Source: Candidatus Gottesmanbacteria bacterium GW2011_GWA2_43_14 (GTDB lineage Bacteria > Patescibacteriota > Microgenomatia > 2-02-FULL-39-11). From it: a stretch of 64,000 nucleotides of DNA. Positions 1 to 8,538 of the stretch are shown piece after piece. Numbering within the stretch: position 1 is the first letter of the stretch; each line of letters opens with the position of its first letter. The stretch spans positions 36,945-100,944 of the forward strand of contig LCFP01000005.1 in the NCBI GenBank assembly GCA_000999095.1. The letters run 5' to 3'. The notes beneath the pieces are model-generated. The model worked only from the letters and a program-made list of their open reading frames with translations, did not search any database and had not been told where the DNA came from. The position numbers and the translations under genes are program-made.

Positions 1-17
1 CGCTTCAAAGGCAATCT

Positions 18-262
18 TTGATTGAGACCAAAGATAAGAATCCTTCCGGAAAAACTCCCGGGATTCAACCAGGTTCGCCGCGCAATTGCGGTTTCACCGG
101 CATGAAGCCAGGGGAGACGAACCGAAGGCTTTCGGCGGTCCGTCTCTCCGGACTTCGGGTGTTTTCACCTGGGAGGAGCCCCTTCGGGTCACCATCCCAG
201 GAGAAAACGGGAGTTTTAATAAAGGGATATATGACGAGTAGGGGAGAATTATGGGCGCAAAT
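18..262. ncRNA. GC-rich, heavily stem-looped non-coding segment; candidate structured RNA of unknown class, possibly continuing past the window start
   Basis: About 60% GC in an otherwise ~40% GC locus. Nested hairpins with UUCG/GNRA-like loops (ccccttcggg, ccgaaggctttcgg, cctggga...tcccagg). The only ORFs called here (18..284 + and 94..279 -) overlap each other on opposite strands and were not given any coding call. Strand not determinable. Confidence 0.25.
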
Positions 263-267
263 TGCCC

Positions 268-295
268 AAAAAAAACCACTCTGAGAGTGGTGTGG
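268..295 (-). terminator. Rho-independent terminator on the minus strand: hairpin ccactctc/gagagtgg followed by T9 on the minus strand
   Basis: Plus strand reads aaaaaaaaa-ccactctgagagtgg. On the minus strand the hairpin is followed by a 9-nt U run. It lies downstream of the minus-strand Fic gene across a ~370 nt untranslated stretch. Confidence 0.5.
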
Positions 296-661
296 AAATG
301 TTAATAAATTCGCTCATCCCCTCAAATGAGCTTCCAAAAGCTTTCCCTCAAAAGCTTTTATTTATCAGGCAGTTTTGAAAGTGCAAAACCTAATTTATGT
401 GCTCTATATAGGAGAAAGGCTCCCGCCTGGGCGGGACAAGCTGTTTAAAGGCCTATAGATAGCCTTTACGAGCCTTTCTAGAGTGAAGAGAACATAAATA
501 AGAATTATTACTTTCTTAGATATGAAATATGTAAAAGTTCTTTCACTTTCGGACTTTGCTCATATATTCCTATAGGATAGTCAGAAAGGACGGGTATGGT
601 AACATGGTAAAAAGAGTTTGTCAAGGGGGTTTCAGAGCGTCCGGATAATCTGAAGGTGCGA

Positions 662-1669
662 TTAAGGCAGCAGAGGCGTATTTAACTTGTGTTTGATTTC
701 ATTTAAGGTAAGCCGCGATTCGTTCTGCCATTGACGTATTTGCCTCACTCTTTCAACCATTGATGGATCATAGAGTTGATAGCCTCCTGGCGAGTAGTCT
801 TTTACTTCGAGTAATCCTTCCCGGGTCCAAAAGCGGAGGGTGGGCACGGTTTCCGCCGTCAGTTTGGCCAGCTGGCCGATTTTCAGGAGTTTGCCGGCCA
901 GTTTTGACTTTGCCGGGGAGGGGAGAGATCCTTGGGCAGCTTCCAGGTAGATATCAAGAGAGCGGTCGGCCGCTTCATAAATTAGCTCCAAATAGTCATC
1001 TATACTACCGTCCAACTGGGCTTTTTCGATGAAACTTATGTACTTCTGACGGTCTTCTTTCCGGATAATGGCCATGGGATAGCCGGATTGCCGCAAAAGC
1101 AGGTTCATCAGGAGGCGGGCTGTCCGGCCATTGCCGTCCGTAAAGGGGTGGATGGTAACCAGTTTATAGTGTGCCCGGGCGGCCAGAGTGACCGGATGGT
1201 CGCTGTTATCCGAGCGCAACCAGTCGATAAACTCTTTCATTAAATCAGGGACTTTTAACGGATTTGACATAATTACGGTAGAACCGGCGATCCGTACGGA
1301 GACACGGCGGTATCTTCCTGCATTGTTATCGTCGATTCTGGTCAGGATAAGCTTATGGATATCCAAAATATCGGCTTCGGTGATATTCTGTCTCTTTTTT
1401 GAAGAGAGGGTTTTTACCAGATCAAGGGCAAGGGCGTGATTAATGGCCTCCATATGTTCCCGTACGGTTTTGCCTTCGACGGTCAGGCCTTTTTCGATCA
1501 CCAGGGCTGTTTCCTGCCGGGAGAGAGTATTGCCTTCGATGGCATTGGAAGTATAAGTAAGTTCTACCTTCAGCCACTCGTCCAGATTGCTTATCAGTTC
1601 GGCCGGGTGCGGCAGGAAGGAGTCCAGCTGGTTCTTTTTTTCAGTGAGAGCGGTTAGTTTGTTTTTCAT
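662..1669 (-). CDS. Fic/Doc family protein (AMPylase-type Fido domain)
   Basis: Canonical Fic motif HPFTDGNGRTARLL in the 335-aa ORF. Confidence 0.9.
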   Translation of the reverse strand: MKNKLTALTEKKNQLDSFLPHPAELISNLDEWLKVELTYTSNAIEGNTLSRQETALVIEKGLTVEGKTVREHMEAINHALALDLVKTLSSKKRQNITEADILDIHKLILTRIDDNNAGRYRRVSVRIAGSTVIMSNPLKVPDLMKEFIDWLRSDNSDHPVTLAARAHYKLVTIHPFTDGNGRTARLLMNLLLRQSGYPMAIIRKEDRQKYISFIEKAQLDGSIDDYLELIYEAADRSLDIYLEAAQGSLPSPAKSKLAGKLLKIGQLAKLTAETVPTLRFWTREGLLEVKDYSPGGYQLYDPSMVERVRQIRQWQNESRLTLNEIKHKLNTPLLP

Positions 1670-1712
1670 AAGTATATAGTATAAAGTAATGCTTTATACT
1701 TTGTCAAGTCAT

Positions 1713-1741
1713 TTGAGGGATAAAATAGGCCATGTTATAAT
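1713..1741 (+). promoter_or_regulatory. Candidate sigma70-like promoter for tRNA-Ala (TTGAGG-17-TATAAT), about 15 nt upstream of the tRNA 5' end
   Basis: -35 ttgagg at 1713-1718 and -10 tataat at 1736-1741 with 17-nt spacing. The tRNA starts at 1757. The same region also carries a divergent TTGACA-17/18-TATACT element on the minus strand pointing into fic. Confidence 0.35.
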
Positions 1742-1756
1742 GGGCGAATTCAAAAA

Positions 1757-1832
1757 GGGCCCGTGGCGTAACGGCTATCGCGCTTCCATGGCATGGAAGA
1801 GATTAGGGGTTCAAATCCCCTCGGGTCCACCA
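1757..1832 (+). tRNA. tRNA-Ala(GGC): tRNA-Ala (anticodon GGC) with encoded CCA
   Basis: Cloverleaf folded by hand. Acceptor stem GGGCCCG/CGGGUCC with the G3:U70 alanine identity pair. Anticodon stem CUUCC/GGAAG with loop AUGGCAU (GGC). T-arm AGGGGUUCAAAUCCCCU. Discriminator A, then CCA. Confidence 0.9.
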
Positions 1833-1924
1833 AGAAGCGTATCAAAAACGGCACTAAATACCCTTCCTGATGTTTCCATTTTTTTACCTGTATCTTACAA
1901 TCCTCAGTCAAAATATAAGACTTA

Positions 1925-2326
1925 ATGGACGAGAGAATAGCGGAAGAAATTCAAGCCTTCAAACCTGTTTTTGAAGCTATTAATGTTGCTACCGTAAAAT
2001 ACGGTACGGAATTGAGGTTATCCAACGGCGGAGATGTCATTTTCAGGAACGGAACAGATACAAATAAGGAAGTTAATATAGACACCAGGGTTGTCAAAGC
2101 TGTCAAAGCAGGCGAGAGATTAATGAATTTGGCATTTGAGGCCGGCATAACTTCTTCTGAATCGTTATACAGCCATCTTCATCTCGAAGTATCGGAATTG
2201 GAAGACTCTCTTTTTAAAATTGCCGATGAAAATGATGAAAGCGGGGGCGCCGAAGAAGCCATGCAAGAATTGGAAATGGTTAAGGATATGAGAGCAATTA
2301 TTGACCGCTTGCCTCAGGCTATTTAG
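1925..2326 (+). CDS. Hypothetical small acidic protein
   Basis: 133-aa ORF with no recognisable motif. Converges on and overlaps the carbamoyltransferase stop by 8 nt. Confidence 0.4.
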   Translation: MDERIAEEIQAFKPVFEAINVATVKYGTELRLSNGGDVIFRNGTDTNKEVNIDTRVVKAVKAGERLMNLAFEAGITSSESLYSHLHLEVSELEDSLFKIADENDESGGAEEAMQELEMVKDMRAIIDRLPQAI

Positions 2327-4112
2327 CCTTCTCGCAGACGAAATTACTCATAACCAGGATATCTATGCCTGAACGCTTAAAAGTGGAGTAAGCGTCGGCA
2401 GGGGAGGCTACAATAGGCTCACCTTTAAGGTTAAAGGAAGTATTAAGAAGAAGCGGCACGCCTGTTTTCTTATAGAAAGCGGAAATGAGGCTATGGAAGT
2501 CAGGATTGGTGTTTTTATAAACCAGTTGCGGCCGGGCAGTGTTATCGGCATGGGTGATAGCCGGCACTTTCTTTCTCCAGTCAGGTTTTACAGGCACGAC
2601 GTAGAGCATAAAGCGGAGAGGGAAATGCTTCGCCACCTGCGAGGAGTCATTCGGCCATTGGCCGATGCCACCTCCCAGGAGTCTCAGGTCAAAGACATTT
2701 CCAGCTTGGTCGGATAGCACGGATGGGGCAAAGGGGCGGAAAGCTTCCCGGAATTTGACTTTTGAATTGATGATATCCTTCATTTTCGGATTTCGGGGAT
2801 CGGCCAGGATAGAACGGTTACCCAGAGCCCTGGGGCCCCATTCGAAGCGCCCCCGGAACCAGCCGATGACTTTGCCTTTCATGATTTGTTCGGCGCAATA
2901 ATCAATAAGCTTATTATTGGATAGTTTTATAACCTTTACCTCGCGGGAGTCATGGCTTCCGCTTCGCTTCAGCCCGCCACCCGCAATGTGTAAAAATTGC
3001 TCGATTTCGCGATTGGAATAAGCTTGCCCTAAGTAGGCATGATTCATGCCTGTACGGGCAGGTTTATTTAAAACATGATGGTAAAGATACAAAGCAGCTC
3101 CCAGGGCACCGCCTGAGTCGCCGGCTGCCGGCTGGACAAAGATGTTTTTGAAGCCTGATTCCTTTAAAAGGCGGTAGTTGGCCACGGAATTCAGGGCAAC
3201 TCCACCGGCCAGGCAGAGATTGTCGGATTTGGTGATTTTCTTCAGGTTTTTGGCCATATTGAGAAGCAGTTCTTCGGTGACAGCCTGGATGGAAGCGGCG
3301 ATGTCGGCGGAGCGGGCAGTGATCAGATGCGCTTCCTGCGGATTGACAGGCTTTCCCAGAAGTTCCACCAGCTTTTGGGAGAAGGAGAAGCGGTCGGACC
3401 AGTGGAAGGAGAAATAGTCGAAATTAAGGCTGAAACTGCCGTCCCCGTTCATTTTGACCGTTTTCCGTATTTCCTTTTGATACTTGGGTTTGCCGTAGGG
3501 AGCCAGTCCCATGACTTTCCATTCGCCTTCATTGACCTCAAATCCCAAAAAAGCAGTAAAGGCGGAATAGAGAAGACCCAAGGATTGCGGAAAATGGATC
3601 TCTTTGAGTAATTTAATTTTATTGCCGGAGCCAAAGCCGGTTGAGGCGGTTGTCCATTCACCGACGCCGTCGACGGTCAAAATGGCCGATTTTTCAAAGG
3701 GAGAGGGGTAAAAAGCAGAGGCGGCGTGGGACAGATGGTGTTCGGAAAAGAGGATTTTATTCCCGGGCAGTTTTAAATATGAAGCTATTTCACTTTTGAT
3801 CCAGAGCTTTTGGGTCATCCAGAGCCGGATGGCTTCGCGGAATGAGGCATAAGAGCGGGGAAAGGTGGATAAAGTTGAAATGAGGATACGGTGGAATTTG
3901 CGGAAAGGCTTTTCGTAAAAAACAACGTAATCAAGGTCAGAGGCATTCAGGCCGGTCTCAGCCAAACAGAAATCGATAGCATTACCGGGAAAGCCGGAAT
4001 CATGCTTTTTGCGGCTGAAGCGTTCCTCCTCGGCTCCCGCGGTAATCCGGCCGTCCTCCAAAAGAACGGCAGCCGCATCATGGTAATAGCAGGATATGCC
4101 CAAGATTTTCAT
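2319..4112 (-). CDS. Carbamoyltransferase (NodU/CmcH/HypF-like Carbam_trans N+C domains)
   Basis: N-terminus MKILGISCYYHDAAAVLLEDG and GVALNSVANYRLL-type signatures over 597 aa, typical of NodU-family O-carbamoyltransferases. Confidence 0.85.
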   Translation of the reverse strand: MKILGISCYYHDAAAVLLEDGRITAGAEEERFSRKKHDSGFPGNAIDFCLAETGLNASDLDYVVFYEKPFRKFHRILISTLSTFPRSYASFREAIRLWMTQKLWIKSEIASYLKLPGNKILFSEHHLSHAASAFYPSPFEKSAILTVDGVGEWTTASTGFGSGNKIKLLKEIHFPQSLGLLYSAFTAFLGFEVNEGEWKVMGLAPYGKPKYQKEIRKTVKMNGDGSFSLNFDYFSFHWSDRFSFSQKLVELLGKPVNPQEAHLITARSADIAASIQAVTEELLLNMAKNLKKITKSDNLCLAGGVALNSVANYRLLKESGFKNIFVQPAAGDSGGALGAALYLYHHVLNKPARTGMNHAYLGQAYSNREIEQFLHIAGGGLKRSGSHDSREVKVIKLSNNKLIDYCAEQIMKGKVIGWFRGRFEWGPRALGNRSILADPRNPKMKDIINSKVKFREAFRPFAPSVLSDQAGNVFDLRLLGGGIGQWPNDSSQVAKHFPLRFMLYVVPVKPDWRKKVPAITHADNTARPQLVYKNTNPDFHSLISAFYKKTGVPLLLNTSFNLKGEPIVASPADAYSTFKRSGIDILVMSNFVCEKAK

Positions 4113-4118
4113 CGTTTT

Positions 4119-4397
4119 TCAAGCCTGTTGAGTGAGTTCGGCGATTGATTCCGTTTGGCTTTTTTTAAGAAGCCAGGATGATTGACTTTGCTTTTTTATT
4201 TTCAATTCGTCTTTAAAAAGGGAATAAAGAAGGCCGAAAGGGGAGAGGATCAGAAAATAGAAAACAGTCAGGATGACTTTGGATTGGAAAACACCGAGAC
4301 GGTGGGCCAGTTTTTTCCAGGCAGACCAGAGAGTGCGCAGGAAACCCATTTCAAAAAAGAGTATAGATAAAGGGAGCGGCCGGAGAGCTTTGGGCAA
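4119..4397 (-). CDS. Small membrane protein, SxtJ-like (carbamoyltransferase-associated); start uncertain (TTG at 4397 or internal ATG)
   Basis: Hydrophobic ORF with ...SKVILTVFYFLILSPFGLLYSLF... directly upstream of the carbamoyltransferase on the same strand. Resemblance to SxtJ-family proteins is from memory. Confidence 0.45.
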   Translation of the reverse strand: MPKALRPLPLSILFFEMGFLRTLWSAWKKLAHRLGVFQSKVILTVFYFLILSPFGLLYSLFKDELKIKKQSQSSWLLKKSQTESIAELTQQA

Positions 4398-4524
4398 AAA
4401 CCATCAGGACACCCAGCAGAATCAGCACGGTTATCATGGGAATCATCCACCACAGCCGCTCTTTCCAAAGGTACTGCAGCAGTTCTTTGATGATGCCGGA
4501 TTTGAGGAAAATCTTTTTCAACAT
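4351..4524 (-). CDS. DUF5989-like 57-aa membrane protein (not in supplied ORF track because it is under 60 aa)
   Basis: Hand translation gives MLKKIFLKSGIIKELLQYLWKERLWWMIPMITVLILLGVLMVFAQSSPAAPFIYTLF. The WW...IP...LLG...APFIYTLF C-terminus matches the DUF5989 family as I recall it, and that family co-occurs with carbamoyltransferase and SxtJ genes. Confidence 0.55.
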   Translation of the reverse strand: MLKKIFLKSGIIKELLQYLWKERLWWMIPMITVLILLGVLMVFAQSSPAAPFIYTLF

Positions 4525-4594
4525 GCGTTCTTTTAATTATTATACTCTTTTTAAGTCAAAAATTAACTCCCAAGAGTGTATAATTGGGTAAAAT

Positions 4595-5200
4595 ATGGCA
4601 GGCTCAATCCGTGTCAAAGTTGTCATTTTTTCGGTCATAAATCAGAAACTGCAGCTTTATCTGCCGGCAGGCAGGCTGCCGCAGGCACAGATTTCCACGA
4701 CTTCTTCCTTAAACTCAATCGCCATCAAAATTGTCCAGGAGGTTACCGGAGAGAAGATAGATGAGGGATATCTTGAGCAGCTTTACACCTTTTCCCATCC
4801 GGTCGAGCACGATACAAGGGTTGATATTATTTATTTCTACCTTTTATCTGACCATGATATCAGGGAAAGCCATAGGGAATCCTTTATTGCCAATGAACAT
4901 CTTTCAAAAAGCGTTTCGGAATTTTCAGCCATCAGTTATGCGGTGCAGCGGCTGAGATGGAAAATCGAATACACCAATGTCGTTTACAGTCTCCTGCCTC
5001 GGGAATTTACCCTCTCGGAACTGCAGAAAATCTATGAAGCGATCCTGGGCAAGGACCTGGATAAAAGGAATTTCCGCCGCAAAATCCTTTCCCTGGGACT
5101 GCTCCGCTCAAGCGGCAGGCAAAAAACCGGTTTGAAAGCCAGGCCGGCCAAAATGTATTCCTTCCGCCACCGCAACCCCATGATGATCAAGGTCTTCTAA
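4595..5200 (+). CDS. nrtR: NrtR-like regulator: Nudix-like N-terminal domain plus C-terminal winged-helix domain
   Basis: C-terminal FTLSELQKIYEAILGKDLDKRNFRRKILSLGLL...RPAKMYSF matches the NrtR wHTH signature. The gene is immediately upstream of pncB, niaP-like and pncA-like genes. Confidence 0.65.
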   Translation: MAGSIRVKVVIFSVINQKLQLYLPAGRLPQAQISTTSSLNSIAIKIVQEVTGEKIDEGYLEQLYTFSHPVEHDTRVDIIYFYLLSDHDIRESHRESFIANEHLSKSVSEFSAISYAVQRLRWKIEYTNVVYSLLPREFTLSELQKIYEAILGKDLDKRNFRRKILSLGLLRSSGRQKTGLKARPAKMYSFRHRNPMMIKVF

Positions 5201-5262
5201 TCGTGTTCTTATCTTTTCCACTTGAAGTAATCATCCTGTATGGTGTATATTGGATGGATACT

Positions 5263-5281
5263 TAGTGTAAAGGATACACTA
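5263..5281 (+). promoter_or_regulatory. Perfect inverted repeat TAGTGTA-AAGGA-TACACTA overlapping the pncB RBS; candidate NrtR operator
   Basis: 7-bp arms are exact reverse complements with a 5-bp spacer. The site ends 2 nt before the pncB ATG and its centre is the AGGA Shine-Dalgarno. Confidence 0.45.
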
Positions 5282-5282
5282 T

Positions 5283-6332
5283 ATGAAATATTTTGATTCA
5301 GAAACAATAACAAAAATAAGACAGGGCTATTATACGGCGGTCTATTTTAACCGCACCAAGGAAATTCTCCTGAAAGTAAATAATTTAAAAAGGGTGACGA
5401 TGCAGATTTTTCAGAAAAAGAAGGGCAGTATTCTAAGCGGGGTAGAGGAAGTCAGGGAACTGATGGAGTCGGCAACCGGGTTTTTTAAAGGCAGCAGTTG
5501 GATCGATAAAAGCCCGGAGCTTAAGGTTTCCACCTTGAACGATGGAGATGATATTTCAGCCTGGGAAACCGTCATGCATTTGATGGGCCCTTATGTCTAT
5601 TTTGCCCATCTGGAGTCAATTTACCTGGGGATTTTAGCCAGAAGGACACTGGTTGCCACCAATACCCGCCGGGCAGTTGAGGCTGCCGGGGGTAAACCGG
5701 TCATATTCTTTGCCGACCGCTTTGATCACTTTCTCAATCAGGAAGGTGATGGCGCGGCTGCCAAAATTGGCGGAGCTTCGGCTATTTGTACCGATGCCAT
5801 GACGAAATGGGCGGGCGGCGAACCTGCCGGCACCATTCCCCATGCTCTGATTGCAGTTTTGGGGGGTTCAACGGTTAAATCAGCCGAACTTTTTAACAAA
5901 TATTATCCGGGGGAAAAATTAATCGCCCTGGTTGATTTTAATAATGATTGCGTCACTGACAGTCTGGCTGTTTCGGGCAGGCTGGGTGATAAACTTTGGG
6001 CGGTCAGGCTGGATACACCTGCCGATATCGCCGATAAGTCATTGGAGCAGAAAAAGGATAATTTCGGCGTAAATCCATCTTTGGTTAGGGCAGTACGGGA
6101 AGCTTTGGATAAGGCCGGTTTTGCCAAGGTTAAAATCATCGTTTCCGGAGGTTTTTATCCGGAGAAGATTGCCAAATTTACTGCAGAAAAAGTTCCGGTG
6201 GACGGATACGGCGTAGGCTCAGCCCTTATCCACGGGGAAAATGATTTTACAGCTGATATTGTCGAAGTCGAAGGCCAAAAAAAAGCTAAAATCGGCCGTG
6301 AGTATAAGGATATTAGAAAAATTTTCCGATAA
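5283..6332 (+). CDS. pncB: Nicotinate phosphoribosyltransferase (short archaeal-type NAPRTase)
   Basis: 349 aa with PRTase type II-like C-terminal motifs (VSGGF...VDGYGVGS). Context with NrtR, the transporter and nicotinamidase supports the assignment. Confidence 0.6.
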   Translation: MKYFDSETITKIRQGYYTAVYFNRTKEILLKVNNLKRVTMQIFQKKKGSILSGVEEVRELMESATGFFKGSSWIDKSPELKVSTLNDGDDISAWETVMHLMGPYVYFAHLESIYLGILARRTLVATNTRRAVEAAGGKPVIFFADRFDHFLNQEGDGAAAKIGGASAICTDAMTKWAGGEPAGTIPHALIAVLGGSTVKSAELFNKYYPGEKLIALVDFNNDCVTDSLAVSGRLGDKLWAVRLDTPADIADKSLEQKKDNFGVNPSLVRAVREALDKAGFAKVKIIVSGGFYPEKIAKFTAEKVPVDGYGVGSALIHGENDFTADIVEVEGQKKAKIGREYKDIRKIFR

Positions 6333-6366
6333 AGTCGGGATCAGCCTTTGGCTGAAGAAAGAAAAT

Positions 6367-7698
6367 ATGGCTCAAAAAAAGATAATACCTGCCTCTGTTG
6401 AAGATATTTTAGCCCGGGGAGGGATGACCGGCTTCCATAAAAAAGTTGTCCTGGTGACAGGCCTGGCCTGGACATTCGTTTCCATGGAGATTTTGCTGAT
6501 AGCTTTCACCCTGCCTTTGTTTGCCTCGATCTGGAAGCTGTCCGGTCTCTGGTTGGGACTTATCGGTTCCGCCTCTTTGATCGGTTCATTTATAGGCTCC
6601 ATGATTTTAGGCAGGTGGTCGGACAGGTTCGGACGGCGCAGTGTTTTTATGGGCAGCGTCCTCTGGTACAGCATCTTTACGGCAGCCACCGCTTTTGCCA
6701 CAGGCCCGGAAACTCTTTTTGTCTTCCGCGTCCTGGCCGGAATAGGCTTGGGAGCGATGCTGGTGATTGACCCGTCGGTCCTGGCCGAATACCTGCCGCC
6801 GCAAAACCGCGGCCGGTATATGGTCTTTCTGGATTTTTTCTGGCCGATCGGCAATCTTCTTGCTCTGGGTTTGTCGTATTTCTTTTTGGAAAGGATGAAC
6901 GGAGACTGGCGCGGACTGTTCCTGACCGCCGCCTTCCCGGCTTTTTTAACCTTTATCATCCGTTTCCTTATTCCGGAGACACCGTTTTACCTTGCCAGGA
7001 TCGGCAAACTGGCGGAAGCAGCCAAAGTGCTGACTCTGGCTACCGGGCAAAAAATCACGGCAGCCATGATCAAAAAAGAAGAGGTATTCAAAAGCGCTCC
7101 GATAAAAGACCTTTTCCGGGGGAAGCTTTTGAAGGCCACCATAGTCACTTTGATTTCCTGGGTTGTTCTTAATTTCAGCTATTACGGTCTCTTTATCTGG
7201 CTGCCGCAGGTTTTGCCGGTGATCCAGAATTTCCGGATAGGCAATATCTATACTTTGCTATTGCTTTCTGTTTTGGCCCAGTTTCCGGGATATCTGGCGG
7301 CCATGTGGCTGGTTGAAGCGTGGGGGAGAAAAAAAACCCTGACAGCCTTTTTAATCCTGGGAGGATTGTCCGGCCTGGTTTTTGCCACGACCAATTCCTA
7401 TGTCTCATTTTTGACCGCTTTGTTTCTGGTCAGTTTCTTTAATCTGGGAGCCTGGGGAGCCATCTATCCTTATACGGTGGAGCTTTTCCCGACCCTATTG
7501 CGGGGCACGGCATTCGGTTTTGCCGCCGAAGGCATGGGCAAACTGACGGCAATATTCGGACCGCTGGTTTTCGGTTACCTTTTGGACAAAACCGGCGGGG
7601 TAGGCATCTCACTGGTGATGGTGGCTGCCGTCATGACAGTGGGAGGAGTGGCCGTCGGCTATCTGGGGCCGGAAACCAAAGGCAGGAAACTGGAATAA
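6367..7698 (+). CDS. MFS transporter, possible niacin/nicotinamide importer (NiaP-like)
   Basis: About 12 TM segments and MFS motif A GRWSDRFGRRS. ATG at 6367 chosen over the longer track ORF that overlaps pncB. Substrate is inferred from operon context only. Confidence 0.75.
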   Translation: MAQKKIIPASVEDILARGGMTGFHKKVVLVTGLAWTFVSMEILLIAFTLPLFASIWKLSGLWLGLIGSASLIGSFIGSMILGRWSDRFGRRSVFMGSVLWYSIFTAATAFATGPETLFVFRVLAGIGLGAMLVIDPSVLAEYLPPQNRGRYMVFLDFFWPIGNLLALGLSYFFLERMNGDWRGLFLTAAFPAFLTFIIRFLIPETPFYLARIGKLAEAAKVLTLATGQKITAAMIKKEEVFKSAPIKDLFRGKLLKATIVTLISWVVLNFSYYGLFIWLPQVLPVIQNFRIGNIYTLLLLSVLAQFPGYLAAMWLVEAWGRKKTLTAFLILGGLSGLVFATTNSYVSFLTALFLVSFFNLGAWGAIYPYTVELFPTLLRGTAFGFAAEGMGKLTAIFGPLVFGYLLDKTGGVGISLVMVAAVMTVGGVAVGYLGPETKGRKLE

Positions 7699-7701
7699 TT
7701 T

Positions 7702-8502
7702 ATGAGAAGTGATTTTTCAGACTGGCTGGAAGCCTGGTTTAGAAAGTTAAAACCGTCATCTTTCCGGGATTTAAAAATAGATCCCGGCAAAACTGCATTG
7801 GTCTCGGTTGACATGGTCAAAGGTTTTTGTTCGGTCGGGCCTTTGGCCAGTCCCCATATTGCCGCCATTATCCCGGAAGTTACGGCGGTGTTTCGGAAAT
7901 GCCATAAAAGCGGGATTAAACACTTCCTGCTTTTCCAGGACACCCATCATCCTGAGACGCCGGAATTTTCCTCATACCCTCCGCATTGCCTTCGGGGGAG
8001 CAGAGAGTCGGAGACGGTCGATGAACTGAAAAGCCTGCCTTTTTCAGGCCAATTTACCATTTTTGAAAAAAATTCCATCAGCCCGCAATACAACACCGGA
8101 TTTGACGGCTGGCTGGAAAAGCATCCGGAGATTGATACCTTTATCATTGTGGGGAACTGCACTGATTTGTGTGTTTATTTCCATGCCATGCATCTGAGGC
8201 TTTCCGCCAACGCGGCAAATTTAAAGAGGAGGATTATTGTGCCGGAGGCAGCGGTCCAGACTTATGATATGCTCGTTGCCACGGCCCAAAAAATCGGCGC
8301 CCTGCCGCATGACAGGATTCTTCTCCACAAAATTTTCCTCTATCATCTTTCCCTGAACGGGATAGAAGTCGTGGCTTCGCTTGATCTAAAAAAATCCAAG
8401 CGCCGGGGAAAATCAGTATACGGATTATTCAATGCTGTGAATGCAACTGAAAAGCACATTGAAGAAGTCTTTCTTTCATTGAAAAGCCTTGATAAGATTT
8501 GA
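7702..8502 (+). CDS. pncA: Isochorismatase-family cysteine hydrolase, probable nicotinamidase
   Basis: VSVDMVKGF and GNCTDLCV motifs (catalytic Asp and Cys of isochorismatase-like hydrolases). Start is 4 nt after the MFS stop. Confidence 0.65.
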   Translation: MRSDFSDWLEAWFRKLKPSSFRDLKIDPGKTALVSVDMVKGFCSVGPLASPHIAAIIPEVTAVFRKCHKSGIKHFLLFQDTHHPETPEFSSYPPHCLRGSRESETVDELKSLPFSGQFTIFEKNSISPQYNTGFDGWLEKHPEIDTFIIVGNCTDLCVYFHAMHLRLSANAANLKRRIIVPEAAVQTYDMLVATAQKIGALPHDRILLHKIFLYHLSLNGIEVVASLDLKKSKRRGKSVYGLFNAVNATEKHIEEVFLSLKSLDKI

Positions 8503-8538
8503 TAAAATTATTCAGTCTCATTAAATTACATTTAATAT

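Noticed and set aside
18-262. RNase P RNA hypothesis for the structured element (minus-strand GAAGUCCGG resembling P4)
   Set aside because: Only about 50 nt separate the P4-like motif from the GGUGAAAC-like motif, far too short for P5-P11. No CR-I/CR-V arrangement is visible. It also did not fit 5S, SRP or tmRNA by eye.
18-284. Overlapping ORFs 18..284 (+) and 94..279 (-) in the GC-rich segment
   Set aside because: The two ORFs overlap each other on opposite strands, and the region is better explained as a stem-loop-rich RNA.
1689-1925. 78-aa ORF on the plus strand
   Set aside because: Completely overlaps tRNA-Ala (1757-1832) and its promoter, so it is spurious.
6372-6959. 195-aa minus-strand ORF (and 6607-6804) rich in Arg/Pro
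   Set aside because: Lies antisense within the well-supported MFS transporter gene. GC-driven open frame without motifs.
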